DNA of 64,000 nt. Source: a virus. The notes under the pieces were generated by a model. That model was not told the DNA's origin, ran no database searches, and was given only the letters and a program-made list of their open reading frames with translations. Below are positions 1-7,990 of this stretch, piece after piece. Numbering within the stretch: position 1 is the first letter of the stretch; each line of letters starts with the position of its first letter. Location: the IMG/VR virus record IMGVR_UViG_3300008963_000001, positions 64,678 through 128,677 of that record. One strand, 5' to 3'. A program made the translations under genes and the position numbers.

Positions 1-2
1 GA

Positions 3-248
3 GATGTATGGGAAAACCTCTATCACGGTATAAATCTGCTGTTTATTGACGAGTTAGTCGACAGCGGCATGGATGCGAGCGGTGTTGAGAATTCAATAGG
101 TGTTCTCAAGAAGATGTCTAGAGAAAGAGAGAAAAATGTATTCTTAATCAGTCATCGTGACGATCTTGTCAGCAGAGTGAACCAGGTGTTGAAAGTCATA
201 AAAGAAAACGGATTTACATCGTATTCAACGGATGTAGATATTGTATAA
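3..248 (+). CDS. gp46: C-terminal end of Rad50/SbcC-like recombination ATPase (T4 gp46-like), truncated by the window start
   Basis: Manual translation of frame 3: DVWENLYHGINLLFIDELVDSGMDASG...VFLISHRDDL...VDIV*. Shows Walker B (LLFIDE), D-loop and H-switch (ISH). Stop TAA 246-248 abuts the next ATG. Confidence 0.85.
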   Translation, partial: DVWENLYHGINLLFIDELVDSGMDASGVENSIGVLKKMSREREKNVFLISHRDDLVSRVNQVLKVIKENGFTSYSTDVDIV

Positions 249-518
249 ATGAGCACAGAAAGCCACGACAAAATGATCGAAGCATTCCAGCAATACTTCA
301 AGTGGCAAACTAATTTTGAATATAAAGGCTCTGACGAAGCAGGTATCAAGGCACGTTATTGGCTATCACAGATACGCAACTGTGCGTCCGAACGCAGAAA
401 AGAAATACAGGCAAAGCGAGAACAACGAAAGGCAGCCAGAAAAGGCATGATAGGAAGGCCGAAACAAGTAAGTAAGTCTGATGACAAAGTGGACATATCG
501 GGGAAAGGAAATCAATGA
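249..518 (+). CDS. Small basic hypothetical protein
   Basis: 89-aa ORF coupled to the upstream stop (TAAATG); Lys/Arg-rich C-terminus. Confidence 0.7.
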   Translation: MSTESHDKMIEAFQQYFKWQTNFEYKGSDEAGIKARYWLSQIRNCASERRKEIQAKREQRKAARKGMIGRPKQVSKSDDKVDISGKGNQ

Positions 519-936
519 GCTTCCAAACGAGTGCGAAGGCTTTGTCTATCTTATCACTAATCTTACCAACAATAAAAAATACATAGGCAAAAAACTAGCA
601 CGTTTTAAAACTTCAAAACCACCTCTCAAAGGCAAAAAAAATCGCAGGCGCGGATATAAAGAAAGTGACTGGAGAGACTATTGGGGATCTTCAGATCATC
701 TTTTAGCAGATGTAGAAACACTAGGCCCCGAAAAATTTACTAGAGAAATTTTACATTTTTGTCCCAGCAGAGGCGTCTTATCATATCTAGAGGCTAAAGA
801 ACAGTTTGACAGGCGAGTATTAGAAACCGACGAGTATTACAACGGTATAATCAATGTTCGCGTAGGCAGTTCAAGGCAACTTTCAGAAACACTACAACAA
901 ATATATGGAAATCGTCCACCGCAGTTGGACGATTAA
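481..936 (+). CDS. GIY-YIG family nuclease (Seg/EndoII-like)
   Basis: GFVYLITNLTNNKKYIGKK matches the GIY-YIG signature, followed by a conserved-type Arg region and a later Glu (YLEAKEQ). Confidence 0.8.
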   Translation: MTKWTYRGKEINELPNECEGFVYLITNLTNNKKYIGKKLARFKTSKPPLKGKKNRRRGYKESDWRDYWGSSDHLLADVETLGPEKFTREILHFCPSRGVLSYLEAKEQFDRRVLETDEYYNGIINVRVGSSRQLSETLQQIYGNRPPQLDD

Positions 937-1466
937 CACCGTCAATTAAGCCCCCACCGGCGCTGTTATGGTGGACTTAGACCTGGCCAGCTACGTGAGC
1001 ACAGGGAATTGAATTTCCGTTTGGCGGCGGAGACTCGCATCACTACCCGAAAGGATGATGATTGGATATGCCTAATTAACCAATTTGATGCGTTTATAGA
1101 AGAATTCATTCGAGGCTAAGGACGAGATAATCAAATCTCAGGTTTTGTATGCAAGACAGCATTTGTGTACAAGGCTGCCGTTGGACATAAGAAACTCTAT
1201 CGGAACGAGCAGGTACCGGCCAACCGCCTGTGAGGTGTGCTATAAAGAAAGTGCATTACAGTTGTATGCATTGTTTATAAAACATCATAGTTCCAATGCT
1301 GTGGTGACTGTGCTACTCAGATAATGCGCAGAACAGTGAGCCCCGCAACGGGCTCTATGTGACCGCTTAATCTAGATAATACTTAAACTGCTTCGCAGTT
1401 AGAATATTGTTTCATTAAAAAAGCATTGAGCGCAAGCGAAAATGCAAACGATCTTTAGATCGTTTA
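937..1466 (+). ncRNA. Candidate large structured non-coding RNA (class unassigned)
   Basis: ORF-free gap with more than 10 helices, including long-range 998-1004/1308-1314 and 1023-1028/1174-1179. GNRA loops (GAAA 1049-1052, GCAA 1432-1435) and G-U pairs work only on the + strand. Confidence 0.6.
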
Positions 1467-1470
1467 TTAA
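1446..1470. terminator. Perfect 8-bp hairpin between convergent transcription units, probable bidirectional terminator
   Basis: AAACGATC-TTTA-GATCGTTT (1446-1465), just past the stop of the minus-strand ORF at 1467-1469. Confidence 0.55.
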
Positions 1471-1700
1471 AAGAAAGGCATCTGTGTTTTCTTTGTTGTT
1501 TCCAAATTGTCTTTGATTATCTCTGAAACAATTTGTCTTTCTTCGTAGCTCATATTCATGCCCTCGCTATAGGATAGTCCTCTCATATACCAACACATTT
1601 TAAGAACTTCCTTTTTGATGTTCCGAACATCTTTATCCATATTTTTAGCGATCTCTTGGATCTCTGATTCCGGAAGTCTCAGGATCCTGGCGCGAAAAAA
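1467..1700 (-). CDS. gp51-like small tail/baseplate assembly ORF, probably expressed as a -1 frameshift extension of the upstream gene (own ATG at 1640 would give 57 aa)
   Basis: Manual translation FFRARILRLPESEIQEIAKNMDKDVRNIKKEVLKMCWYMRG...EERQIVSEIIKDNLETTKKTQMPFF*. Not in the ORF track. Confidence 0.7.
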   Translation of the reverse strand, partial: FFRARILRLPESEIQEIAKNMDKDVRNIKKEVLKMCWYMRGLSYSEGMNMSYEERQIVSEIIKDNLETTKKTQMPFF

Positions 1701-2536
1701 GTCGTTTGATCCATTGTTACAGGCATGTCATAGTTGTGCTCACAGGAATTACAGGTTACAGGAATAACTTTAGCGCCACCGTTGCCTTTCATGTTTGTGA
1801 TGTGATCTGAAATAGTTTGAAACACTTCTTTGTCTGCGTTGTTTACGAACTCTTGTATCATGTCTGGATCACTGACAGAACCTTGAGGCGTTTGTATTTC
1901 TCGAATACAACCTGCTATAACATCTACGGTCATTGCGGTAAGTTTTACAAAGCTCTCGCCGAACATTTCTATTTTTTGCTCGTCTGAAATGGTATCGTCG
2001 TTGATCACACTGAAAATTCTCTGCTGCTCGAACGTTTTGAGATTGGTTTTTGTTATTTCGCTGTAGGAGTATGGCTTTATGTGGATAGTAAGTTCGTCCA
2101 GTTGTATTACTGATTGATACTGGAACTGAGCAGTTTCCGCCAGCCAATTTGTGAGATTGATAGCAAATTCGTTGTCTGCTTCGCATGAAGGACAAGTACT
2201 GCTTACTTCCATGTCTTCGCCGTAGGTTGCGATTCTTATGGCTATAAGAGCGGCATCTACGTCGATTGACGGCATCTGCCACGGGTCTTTTATAGCTGGG
2301 ATGCAGCTTTTGATTACTTCTACAGTGCTTTGTCCGCTGAGTAGTGCGTCGGGTGTCTTAAACATCAATTCGTCTTTTGCAGTCATTGCAAAAACTGCAT
2401 ATTTCCCGTCCTGAGACAGATCCAATGTGCCTTCTGGATAGAATTCTCCTCGGCTGGGTAGATCAATATAGATCTTAGGCTGTCTATAATACTGTGCTAG
2501 CGGGTTGGGGTTTGTCAGTCCTTCAAATTCGGCCAT
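1679..2536 (-). CDS. gp26-like baseplate hub / tail assembly chaperone
   Basis: YYRQPKIYIDLPSRG, TAKDELMFKTPDALLSG, CPSC and CNSC Zn-type pairs, FF near the C-terminus. ATG 2536 preceded by GGAGAT (2541-2546). Confidence 0.7.
   Translation of the reverse strand: MAEFEGLTNPNPLAQYYRQPKIYIDLPSRGEFYPEGTLDLSQDGKYAVFAMTAKDELMFKTPDALLSGQSTVEVIKSCIPAIKDPWQMPSIDVDAALIAIRIATYGEDMEVSSTCPSCEADNEFAINLTNWLAETAQFQYQSVIQLDELTIHIKPYSYSEITKTNLKTFEQQRIFSVINDDTISDEQKIEMFGESFVKLTAMTVDVIAGCIREIQTPQGSVSDPDMIQEFVNNADKEVFQTISDHITNMKGNGGAKVIPVTCNSCEHNYDMPVTMDQTTFFAPGS
1694..1700 (-). other. Slippery heptamer T TTT TTC (putative programmed -1 frameshift site)
   Basis: In frame (acT TTT TTC) four codons before the TGA; the -1 frame stays open for 77 codons. 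Confidence 0.6.
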
Positions 2537-2548
2537 TGTTATCTCCAA

Positions 2549-2578
2549 TAAATAAGTAAGCTATAACAAATATTTATA
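2549..2578. promoter_or_regulatory. Face-to-face pair of T4-type late promoter boxes
   Basis: TAAATA on + (2549-2554) pointing to the tape-measure gene; full TATAAATA on - (2571-2578) pointing to the chaperone gene. Confidence 0.55.
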
Positions 2579-2603
2579 TGCGCAGATTATGGGTTTTTAA
2601 TTA

Positions 2604-5255
2604 ATGGCAGTGCAAATAGACATCCCCGGCGTTGGATTAGTAACAGCAGAAAATGCTGCGTCGGAAGCAACCCTAGAAGAACTTCTCGAAGTATTCAAAA
2701 GGTACACAGGCGACGAAGGCGGCCGCAAGCCTAAATTCGATGATTTCAAAAAAGGTCTAGGCGGTGCCAAAACCAGTTCGGACAAATTTGCAATATCTGC
2801 AAGAATGGCAGGTAGAGGTCTGCTGGATCTAGCAAATTCGTCAACTAGACTGATTAATGAGTTTGCTAATGTAGGCAACAGCATCAGCAGTGCCACACAG
2901 ACACTGAGCTATATTCCAGTTGTTGGAAACACGCTGGCAAATGTTTTTACCGCAGTGGCGCGCAACGCTGAACAGCTGGGTAATTCTTTTATCAATGCCA
3001 CTGCTACTGGCGCTACATTCGGCGGTAGCGTGTTAGACATGGCAAGGTCTGCAAGCGAAGCAGGCATGACCTTAGACGATTTTGCTGGTCTCATGCAGAG
3101 AAACGGTGAAGCACTGTTGGGTTTTGGAGAAACCACAGCAGACGGTGCTAGAAGATTTTCACGACTCAGCAGAACTCTGTTAAACACCAACGACGGTCTC
3201 TATAACCTAGGATTGGGCACACAACAGATCAACGAAGGTCTATTAAACTACAGTAGACTGTTGCGTATCCAAGGTATTCAACAGGGCCTGTCTGATAGAC
3301 AACTGTTGTCTGGAACGCAAGATTATCTAAAAACACTAGATGAACTTGCCAAGGTCACGGGCGAAAGAAGAGATTCTCTAGCGGAAGAGCAGGCACAGAT
3401 TGCTAGTTCTGCACAATTTCAGGCGGCATTGCAAGGAACTAGCGCAGATGTAAGGCAAAGTTTTAACGATTTAATTACGCAAATGCCAAACAACGAAATG
3501 AAAGAGTTGGCAAAAGATGTTTTAGCTACGGGCACAGTTAGCCAAGAACAAAACCAATTATTAGCTAGCCAATTTCCTAATGTTGTCTCTGCATTACAAG
3601 AATCTAGAAAAAATATACAGTCCAACACTGTTCTAACAACTCGAGATAGACAGAGAATTGACAACATTTTGATACGCGAAGGTCAAAGAGTTGCACAGTC
3701 GATTTCGGGTATTGCAGGAGCAAACCAAGCCCTTTTTCCTGTAATGCAAACAGCAACAGCCGCACAACGTAGACAGATAGGTGCTATAATTGCAGCCGAA
3801 CAAGCACAGCAGTCGGCGGCCGAGGGTGGAGATAATTTTAATCAAGTCCTTCAACAGTCACAACAAGAAGTTGCTAGAATGGGCAACTTCTTTACAGTTG
3901 CACTTGCTCAAAGTGGATTACTACCGTTAGCGATAGATTCTGTTGTAATACTTGGTAACATAGTCAGCGGACTCGTGCTTCCGGCATTTAGATTAGTAGG
4001 TACGGTAATAACAGATTTTGTTGTTCCTTCACTACGATTCATAGGCGGAGTAATAGACGACTACTTATTTCCAATTCTCACAGGTGTTGCAGGAGCATTT
4101 ATTGCACTTAAAGGCGCTGCCGCTGCCCAAGCTATTGCCACTGGTATTCAAACAGGTGTTACTGCTACCGCAACTGCGGCAACGGGTGCATTTGCTGCAT
4201 TAATGGCAGCACTGTCGGCCCCTGTGCTAGCAGTAATTGCAGGTGCCGTTGCAGTAGGTGCAATTTTCAAAATTTTATACGACAAGGGATGGTCTTTAGG
4301 CGATATGTGGGAAGGCCTAAAAGACACAGCAACACTGCTAGGACTAGCCCTAAAAAATGCCGCAGGACTAGTAGCTGGCCAGTTGCAAAAATATCTAGTT
4401 CTGCCATTCCAAGCTATTACCAGTAAAATAACTTCATTCTTTGAAATAATGTTTATAAATCTTGCAGGCGCGATCGATAGATTAAAAACAGCATTAAATC
4501 CGTTCGCAGACGAAGAAGCATTTGCATCGCGTCAACAGTTGAGAGAACAGCAGTTAGAAGAGCTTAAAAATGCAGAAGCTGCCGCAAAGATAGCTAGACA
4601 ACAAGAAGTACAGCGCATAGATGAAAATAAGCAGCTGAGAGAACAAGAATATCAAAATGCTCTTGAAGATGTGCAAGAAAGAAGAAAAGCAAGAGCTGAG
4701 GAAAGGCACGACAGGGCTAGAGCACGTTCAGAAGAGCCTGGCCTTTTATCTGGTCTTTTAGGTAACCTCACAGGCGGAGGATCGTTTACTAGAGATCTAG
4801 AAAATCTAAGAACAAGAGAACTAGATGCTAGAGAAGAAATAGTAGACGACAACGAAGATTTTTCATACAGTAATCCCATACAAAGCCTAGTAAGAACCGC
4901 AGAACAAGCCGGCACCGCAGACGAATTTAGAGCACGCACAGGCGGACAGCCTGTTGATAGAACAGCACCCATGCCGTCTCCGGAACTTGCACAGACCGGC
5001 GGCCCCGAAACCGACACCCCCGGAGCTCCTGAAGAAGCGCGTGGAGGTGGAGGTGCTGGCAGGAGAGCAAGAAGAGAAGCGCAAGGTACAGGAACAAGGC
5101 CACAGGGCCAAGAAACACAAACAGACCCTATACAACAATTAAATACTAATATAACTGAATTAGTGAGATTAATGCGTGTCAACAACGATCTAACCAGAAG
5201 AGAAATATCAGTAACTGAAGGCCTTTCTGGAGATCTCTACAAGGCCATAGGATAA
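2604..5255 (+). CDS. Tape-measure-like protein (functional analogue of T4 gp29)
   Basis: 883 aa, Ala/Gly/Gln-rich helical composition, central hydrophobic stretches, charged coiled-coil C-terminal region; next to the gp26-like and portal genes. Confidence 0.65.
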   Translation: MAVQIDIPGVGLVTAENAASEATLEELLEVFKRYTGDEGGRKPKFDDFKKGLGGAKTSSDKFAISARMAGRGLLDLANSSTRLINEFANVGNSISSATQTLSYIPVVGNTLANVFTAVARNAEQLGNSFINATATGATFGGSVLDMARSASEAGMTLDDFAGLMQRNGEALLGFGETTADGARRFSRLSRTLLNTNDGLYNLGLGTQQINEGLLNYSRLLRIQGIQQGLSDRQLLSGTQDYLKTLDELAKVTGERRDSLAEEQAQIASSAQFQAALQGTSADVRQSFNDLITQMPNNEMKELAKDVLATGTVSQEQNQLLASQFPNVVSALQESRKNIQSNTVLTTRDRQRIDNILIREGQRVAQSISGIAGANQALFPVMQTATAAQRRQIGAIIAAEQAQQSAAEGGDNFNQVLQQSQQEVARMGNFFTVALAQSGLLPLAIDSVVILGNIVSGLVLPAFRLVGTVITDFVVPSLRFIGGVIDDYLFPILTGVAGAFIALKGAAAAQAIATGIQTGVTATATAATGAFAALMAALSAPVLAVIAGAVAVGAIFKILYDKGWSLGDMWEGLKDTATLLGLALKNAAGLVAGQLQKYLVLPFQAITSKITSFFEIMFINLAGAIDRLKTALNPFADEEAFASRQQLREQQLEELKNAEAAAKIARQQEVQRIDENKQLREQEYQNALEDVQERRKARAEERHDRARARSEEPGLLSGLLGNLTGGGSFTRDLENLRTRELDAREEIVDDNEDFSYSNPIQSLVRTAEQAGTADEFRARTGGQPVDRTAPMPSPELAQTGGPETDTPGAPEEARGGGGAGRRARREAQGTGTRPQGQETQTDPIQQLNTNITELVRLMRVNNDLTRREISVTEGLSGDLYKAIG

Positions 5256-5259
5256 GTCA

Positions 5260-6969
5260 ATGAGTTGGAAAAAATATTTTAGTCCTGTATCAGCGGACAA
5301 TTCGGGTTCTTACAGCCCTGTAGGAAACGGAGGCGGTGCTGGTCCTGCAAGATCAAACTATTCGTCATATCTTCCTGATGTATACGCAGGCTCTCCCAAC
5401 AGAACAGAGCGTTATACACAGTATGAAACAATGGACATGGATTCTGAAGTCAATGCCGCGTTGGACATACTGGCAGAATTCTGCACAGACAAAGACAACG
5501 AAAACGGAACGCCATTCAAATTTAAATTCAAAGGCAGTCCAACTCCGACAGAAACACGCATGTTGAATGACGCACTGGTTAAATGGAGCAAGTATCAGGA
5601 ATTTGAAACTCGCATTTTTAGAATGGTGAGAAACACTTTTAAATATGGCGATTGCTTTTTTATTAGAGATCCAGAAACACTCAAACTGCTATATGTTGAA
5701 CCTGCCAAAGTTTCAAAAATCATCGTAAACGAAAGCACTGGTAAAATACCAGAGCAATATGTTATTCAAGACCTTAACTTCAATTTTAAAGAAAATGTTG
5801 CAGTTACTCCTTTTGGAACACAAAACAATGCACCGCACGGCACCAGTTCTTATGTAAGTGGCGGTGCATTTGGCCGAGGTTATGTTGGTGATGTAAATCA
5901 ACCGCCTGGCACGCGCTTTCAGACCAATCAAAACGAAGTCACTGTCGATGCCAAACACATGGTACATTTGAGTCTTTCAGAAGGCATCGATTCTAACTAT
6001 CCGTTTGGCAACAGTCTGCTAGAAAGCGTTTTTAAGGTATACAAACAAAAAGAACTTTTAGAAGACGCTATTATTATCTACAGAATTCAGCGTGCACCAG
6101 AGCGACGCATTTTTTATGTTGATGTTGGAAACATGCCTGCACACATGGCCATGCAGTTTGTTGAACGTGTTAAAAATGAAATTCAGCAGAGACGTATTCC
6201 CAGTGCCAGCGGCGGCGGACAAAGTGTTATTGATGCAAGTTACAACCCGCTTTCCACAAACGAAGACTACTTCTTTCCTCAAACAGCAGAGGGCCGTGGA
6301 TCAAAAGTTGAAACACTGCCTGGCGGCACAAACCTTGGTGAAATAACAGATCTAAGATATTTTACAAACAAACTGTTCCGTGCCCTGCGTATACCCTCTA
6401 GTTATTTGCCAACAACGATCGACGAACAACCCAATACAGTTGCAGATGGCAAAGTAGGCACGGCATATATTCAAGAACTGCGCTTTAACAAATACTGTGA
6501 ACGTCTACAGAGCACTATTGTAGAGGTATTTGATCAAGAATTCAAGTATTGGTTACATCACAATGGATATAACATAGACAGCAGTCTATTTGAAATTGAC
6601 TTTAATCCGCCGCAAAACTTTGCCGCATATAGACAAGCAGAATTAGACGCAACACGTGCAAATCTATATGGCCAGATAGCAGACATTCCGTTTTTAAGCA
6701 AGCGTTTTGCTATGAAACGCTACCTTGGTCTAACAGAAGAAGAGATTGCAGAGAATGAGAGACTGTGGCGCGAAGAAAACACAGGCAGTCTCAAAAACGA
6801 ACTAGATTCTGAAGCGCAAATGCGCAGTGCTGGAGTAACTCCTGCTGGAATCGAAGCAGATCTTGCTGGAGAAACAGAAGAAGCACCTGCCGATATCGAA
6901 GGTGGCGACGAGGGCGGTGAAGCAGAAAGTCCGCTAGGTGGCGAAGAAGGCGGAGCAGCAGAAGGATAA
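5260..6969 (+). CDS. gp20: Portal protein (T4 gp20-like)
   Basis: LLEDAIIIYRIQRAPERRIFYVDVGNMP, EDYFFPQTAEGRGSKVETLPGG, YIQELRFNKYCERLQ. Confidence 0.95.
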   Translation: MSWKKYFSPVSADNSGSYSPVGNGGGAGPARSNYSSYLPDVYAGSPNRTERYTQYETMDMDSEVNAALDILAEFCTDKDNENGTPFKFKFKGSPTPTETRMLNDALVKWSKYQEFETRIFRMVRNTFKYGDCFFIRDPETLKLLYVEPAKVSKIIVNESTGKIPEQYVIQDLNFNFKENVAVTPFGTQNNAPHGTSSYVSGGAFGRGYVGDVNQPPGTRFQTNQNEVTVDAKHMVHLSLSEGIDSNYPFGNSLLESVFKVYKQKELLEDAIIIYRIQRAPERRIFYVDVGNMPAHMAMQFVERVKNEIQQRRIPSASGGGQSVIDASYNPLSTNEDYFFPQTAEGRGSKVETLPGGTNLGEITDLRYFTNKLFRALRIPSSYLPTTIDEQPNTVADGKVGTAYIQELRFNKYCERLQSTIVEVFDQEFKYWLHHNGYNIDSSLFEIDFNPPQNFAAYRQAELDATRANLYGQIADIPFLSKRFAMKRYLGLTEEEIAENERLWREENTGSLKNELDSEAQMRSAGVTPAGIEADLAGETEEAPADIEGGDEGGEAESPLGGEEGGAAEG

Positions 6970-6972
6970 ATA
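6967..6972 (+). promoter_or_regulatory. Late promoter box TAAATA, 5 nt before ATG
   Basis: TAAATA-gtagt-ATG(6978); overlaps the portal stop. Confidence 0.55.
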
Positions 6973-6977
6973 GTAGT

Positions 6978-7220
6978 ATGCTTTTGAGAGAGTTTTTGGC
7001 CTTCGACCAAGATAAAAATGATTTTGCAAATGATCGCAGATATGACAATCGCCGCGACAACAGTGTACTGTCTCGAGGCGACACCCGCAAGGTAAAACTT
7101 ACTCTAGGACAAATAAATCAGCTGAGACTACAAGCTGAAGCCCACAAAGCAGAGCACGAAGCCGAATCGGGCTTCATACAACAGATGTATGGAAACCCAA
7201 GTGGCGAAGAAGAGGCTTAG
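6978..7220 (+). CDS. Small hypothetical head-module protein
   Basis: 80 aa; contains RKVKLTLGQINQLR. Confidence 0.7.
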   Translation: MLLREFLAFDQDKNDFANDRRYDNRRDNSVLSRGDTRKVKLTLGQINQLRLQAEAHKAEHEAESGFIQQMYGNPSGEEEA

Positions 7221-7908
7221 AAAACTAAGGGAACAACAGGCAACTAAAAAACCAAACATTGCACACGTTGAAAAACCCAAAGTTGTAAAAAAAATCCAAA
7301 ACATACAAAGTCAAGACATTGCGTTTGTAGTAGGCAATGGCACTAGTAGACTGTCTGTAGATCCACAAGAACTTCAAAAAATAGGAACCGTTTATGGCTG
7401 CAATGCTCAATATAGAGAATATGAGCCAGATTATCTCGTGTCGGTAGACGTTAAAATGGTCAACGAAATTGTTGCTAGCGGGTATCACAGAAATCATCAG
7501 GTTTGGACAAATCCAAACAAAGGCATAAACGCTAAATCTGGTATCAACTACTTTTCGCCGCACAAAGGCTGGAGTTCTGGACCAACGGCACTGTGGTTCG
7601 CAGCTACAAATGGCCATAAAAAGATCTTTATTTTGGGTTTTGATTATCAAGGCAACCGAGGCAAACTCAACAATGTGTATGCTGACACATTCAATTATAA
7701 GAAATCTACAGACGCCGCAACCTATTTTGGAAATTGGTTAAATCAAACTGAAAAAGTGGTAAAAGAGTTTGTGAACACCAAATTTTATAGACTAATACCA
7801 GAAGGTGGCTTTGTGCCAGACAAGCTCAGCACCCATAGAAATTTAGAGCATATTTCCTACGATCAAATGCATGAATTGTTCGATTTGACTATATATTCCA
7901 AAAAATGA
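7189..7908 (+). CDS. Sialyltransferase/Maf (GT29/GT42/DUF115)-like protein
   Basis: AFVVGNGTSR, YGCNAQYRE-EPDYLVSVD, SSGPTALWFA, KKIFILGFDY reproduce the motif order of the Maf/CST-II fold. Confidence 0.55.
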   Translation: METQVAKKRLRKLREQQATKKPNIAHVEKPKVVKKIQNIQSQDIAFVVGNGTSRLSVDPQELQKIGTVYGCNAQYREYEPDYLVSVDVKMVNEIVASGYHRNHQVWTNPNKGINAKSGINYFSPHKGWSSGPTALWFAATNGHKKIFILGFDYQGNRGKLNNVYADTFNYKKSTDAATYFGNWLNQTEKVVKEFVNTKFYRLIPEGGFVPDKLSTHRNLEHISYDQMHELFDLTIYSKK

Positions 7909-7950
7909 ATCAAAAAAGTACCATTTAAAGCCAAAAATGTTAAAATATTG

Positions 7951-7956
7951 TAAATA
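7951..7956 (+). promoter_or_regulatory. Late promoter box TAAATA upstream of the core/protease/scaffold/capsid operon
   Basis: In an AT-rich intergenic gap; SD GAGGAG precedes ATG 7991. Confidence 0.55.
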
Positions 7957-7990
7957 GTACTACAGCCTTACAACTAGAGGAGATTAAATT

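Noticed and set aside
937-1466. Group I/II intron, RNase P RNA, tmRNA or tRNA as the identity of the structured region
   Set aside because: I could not find P7 R/S elements, domain V, GAGGAAAGUCC, or a T-loop/CCA end, and the flanking genes are not interrupted exons. This was by eye only; cmscan should confirm.
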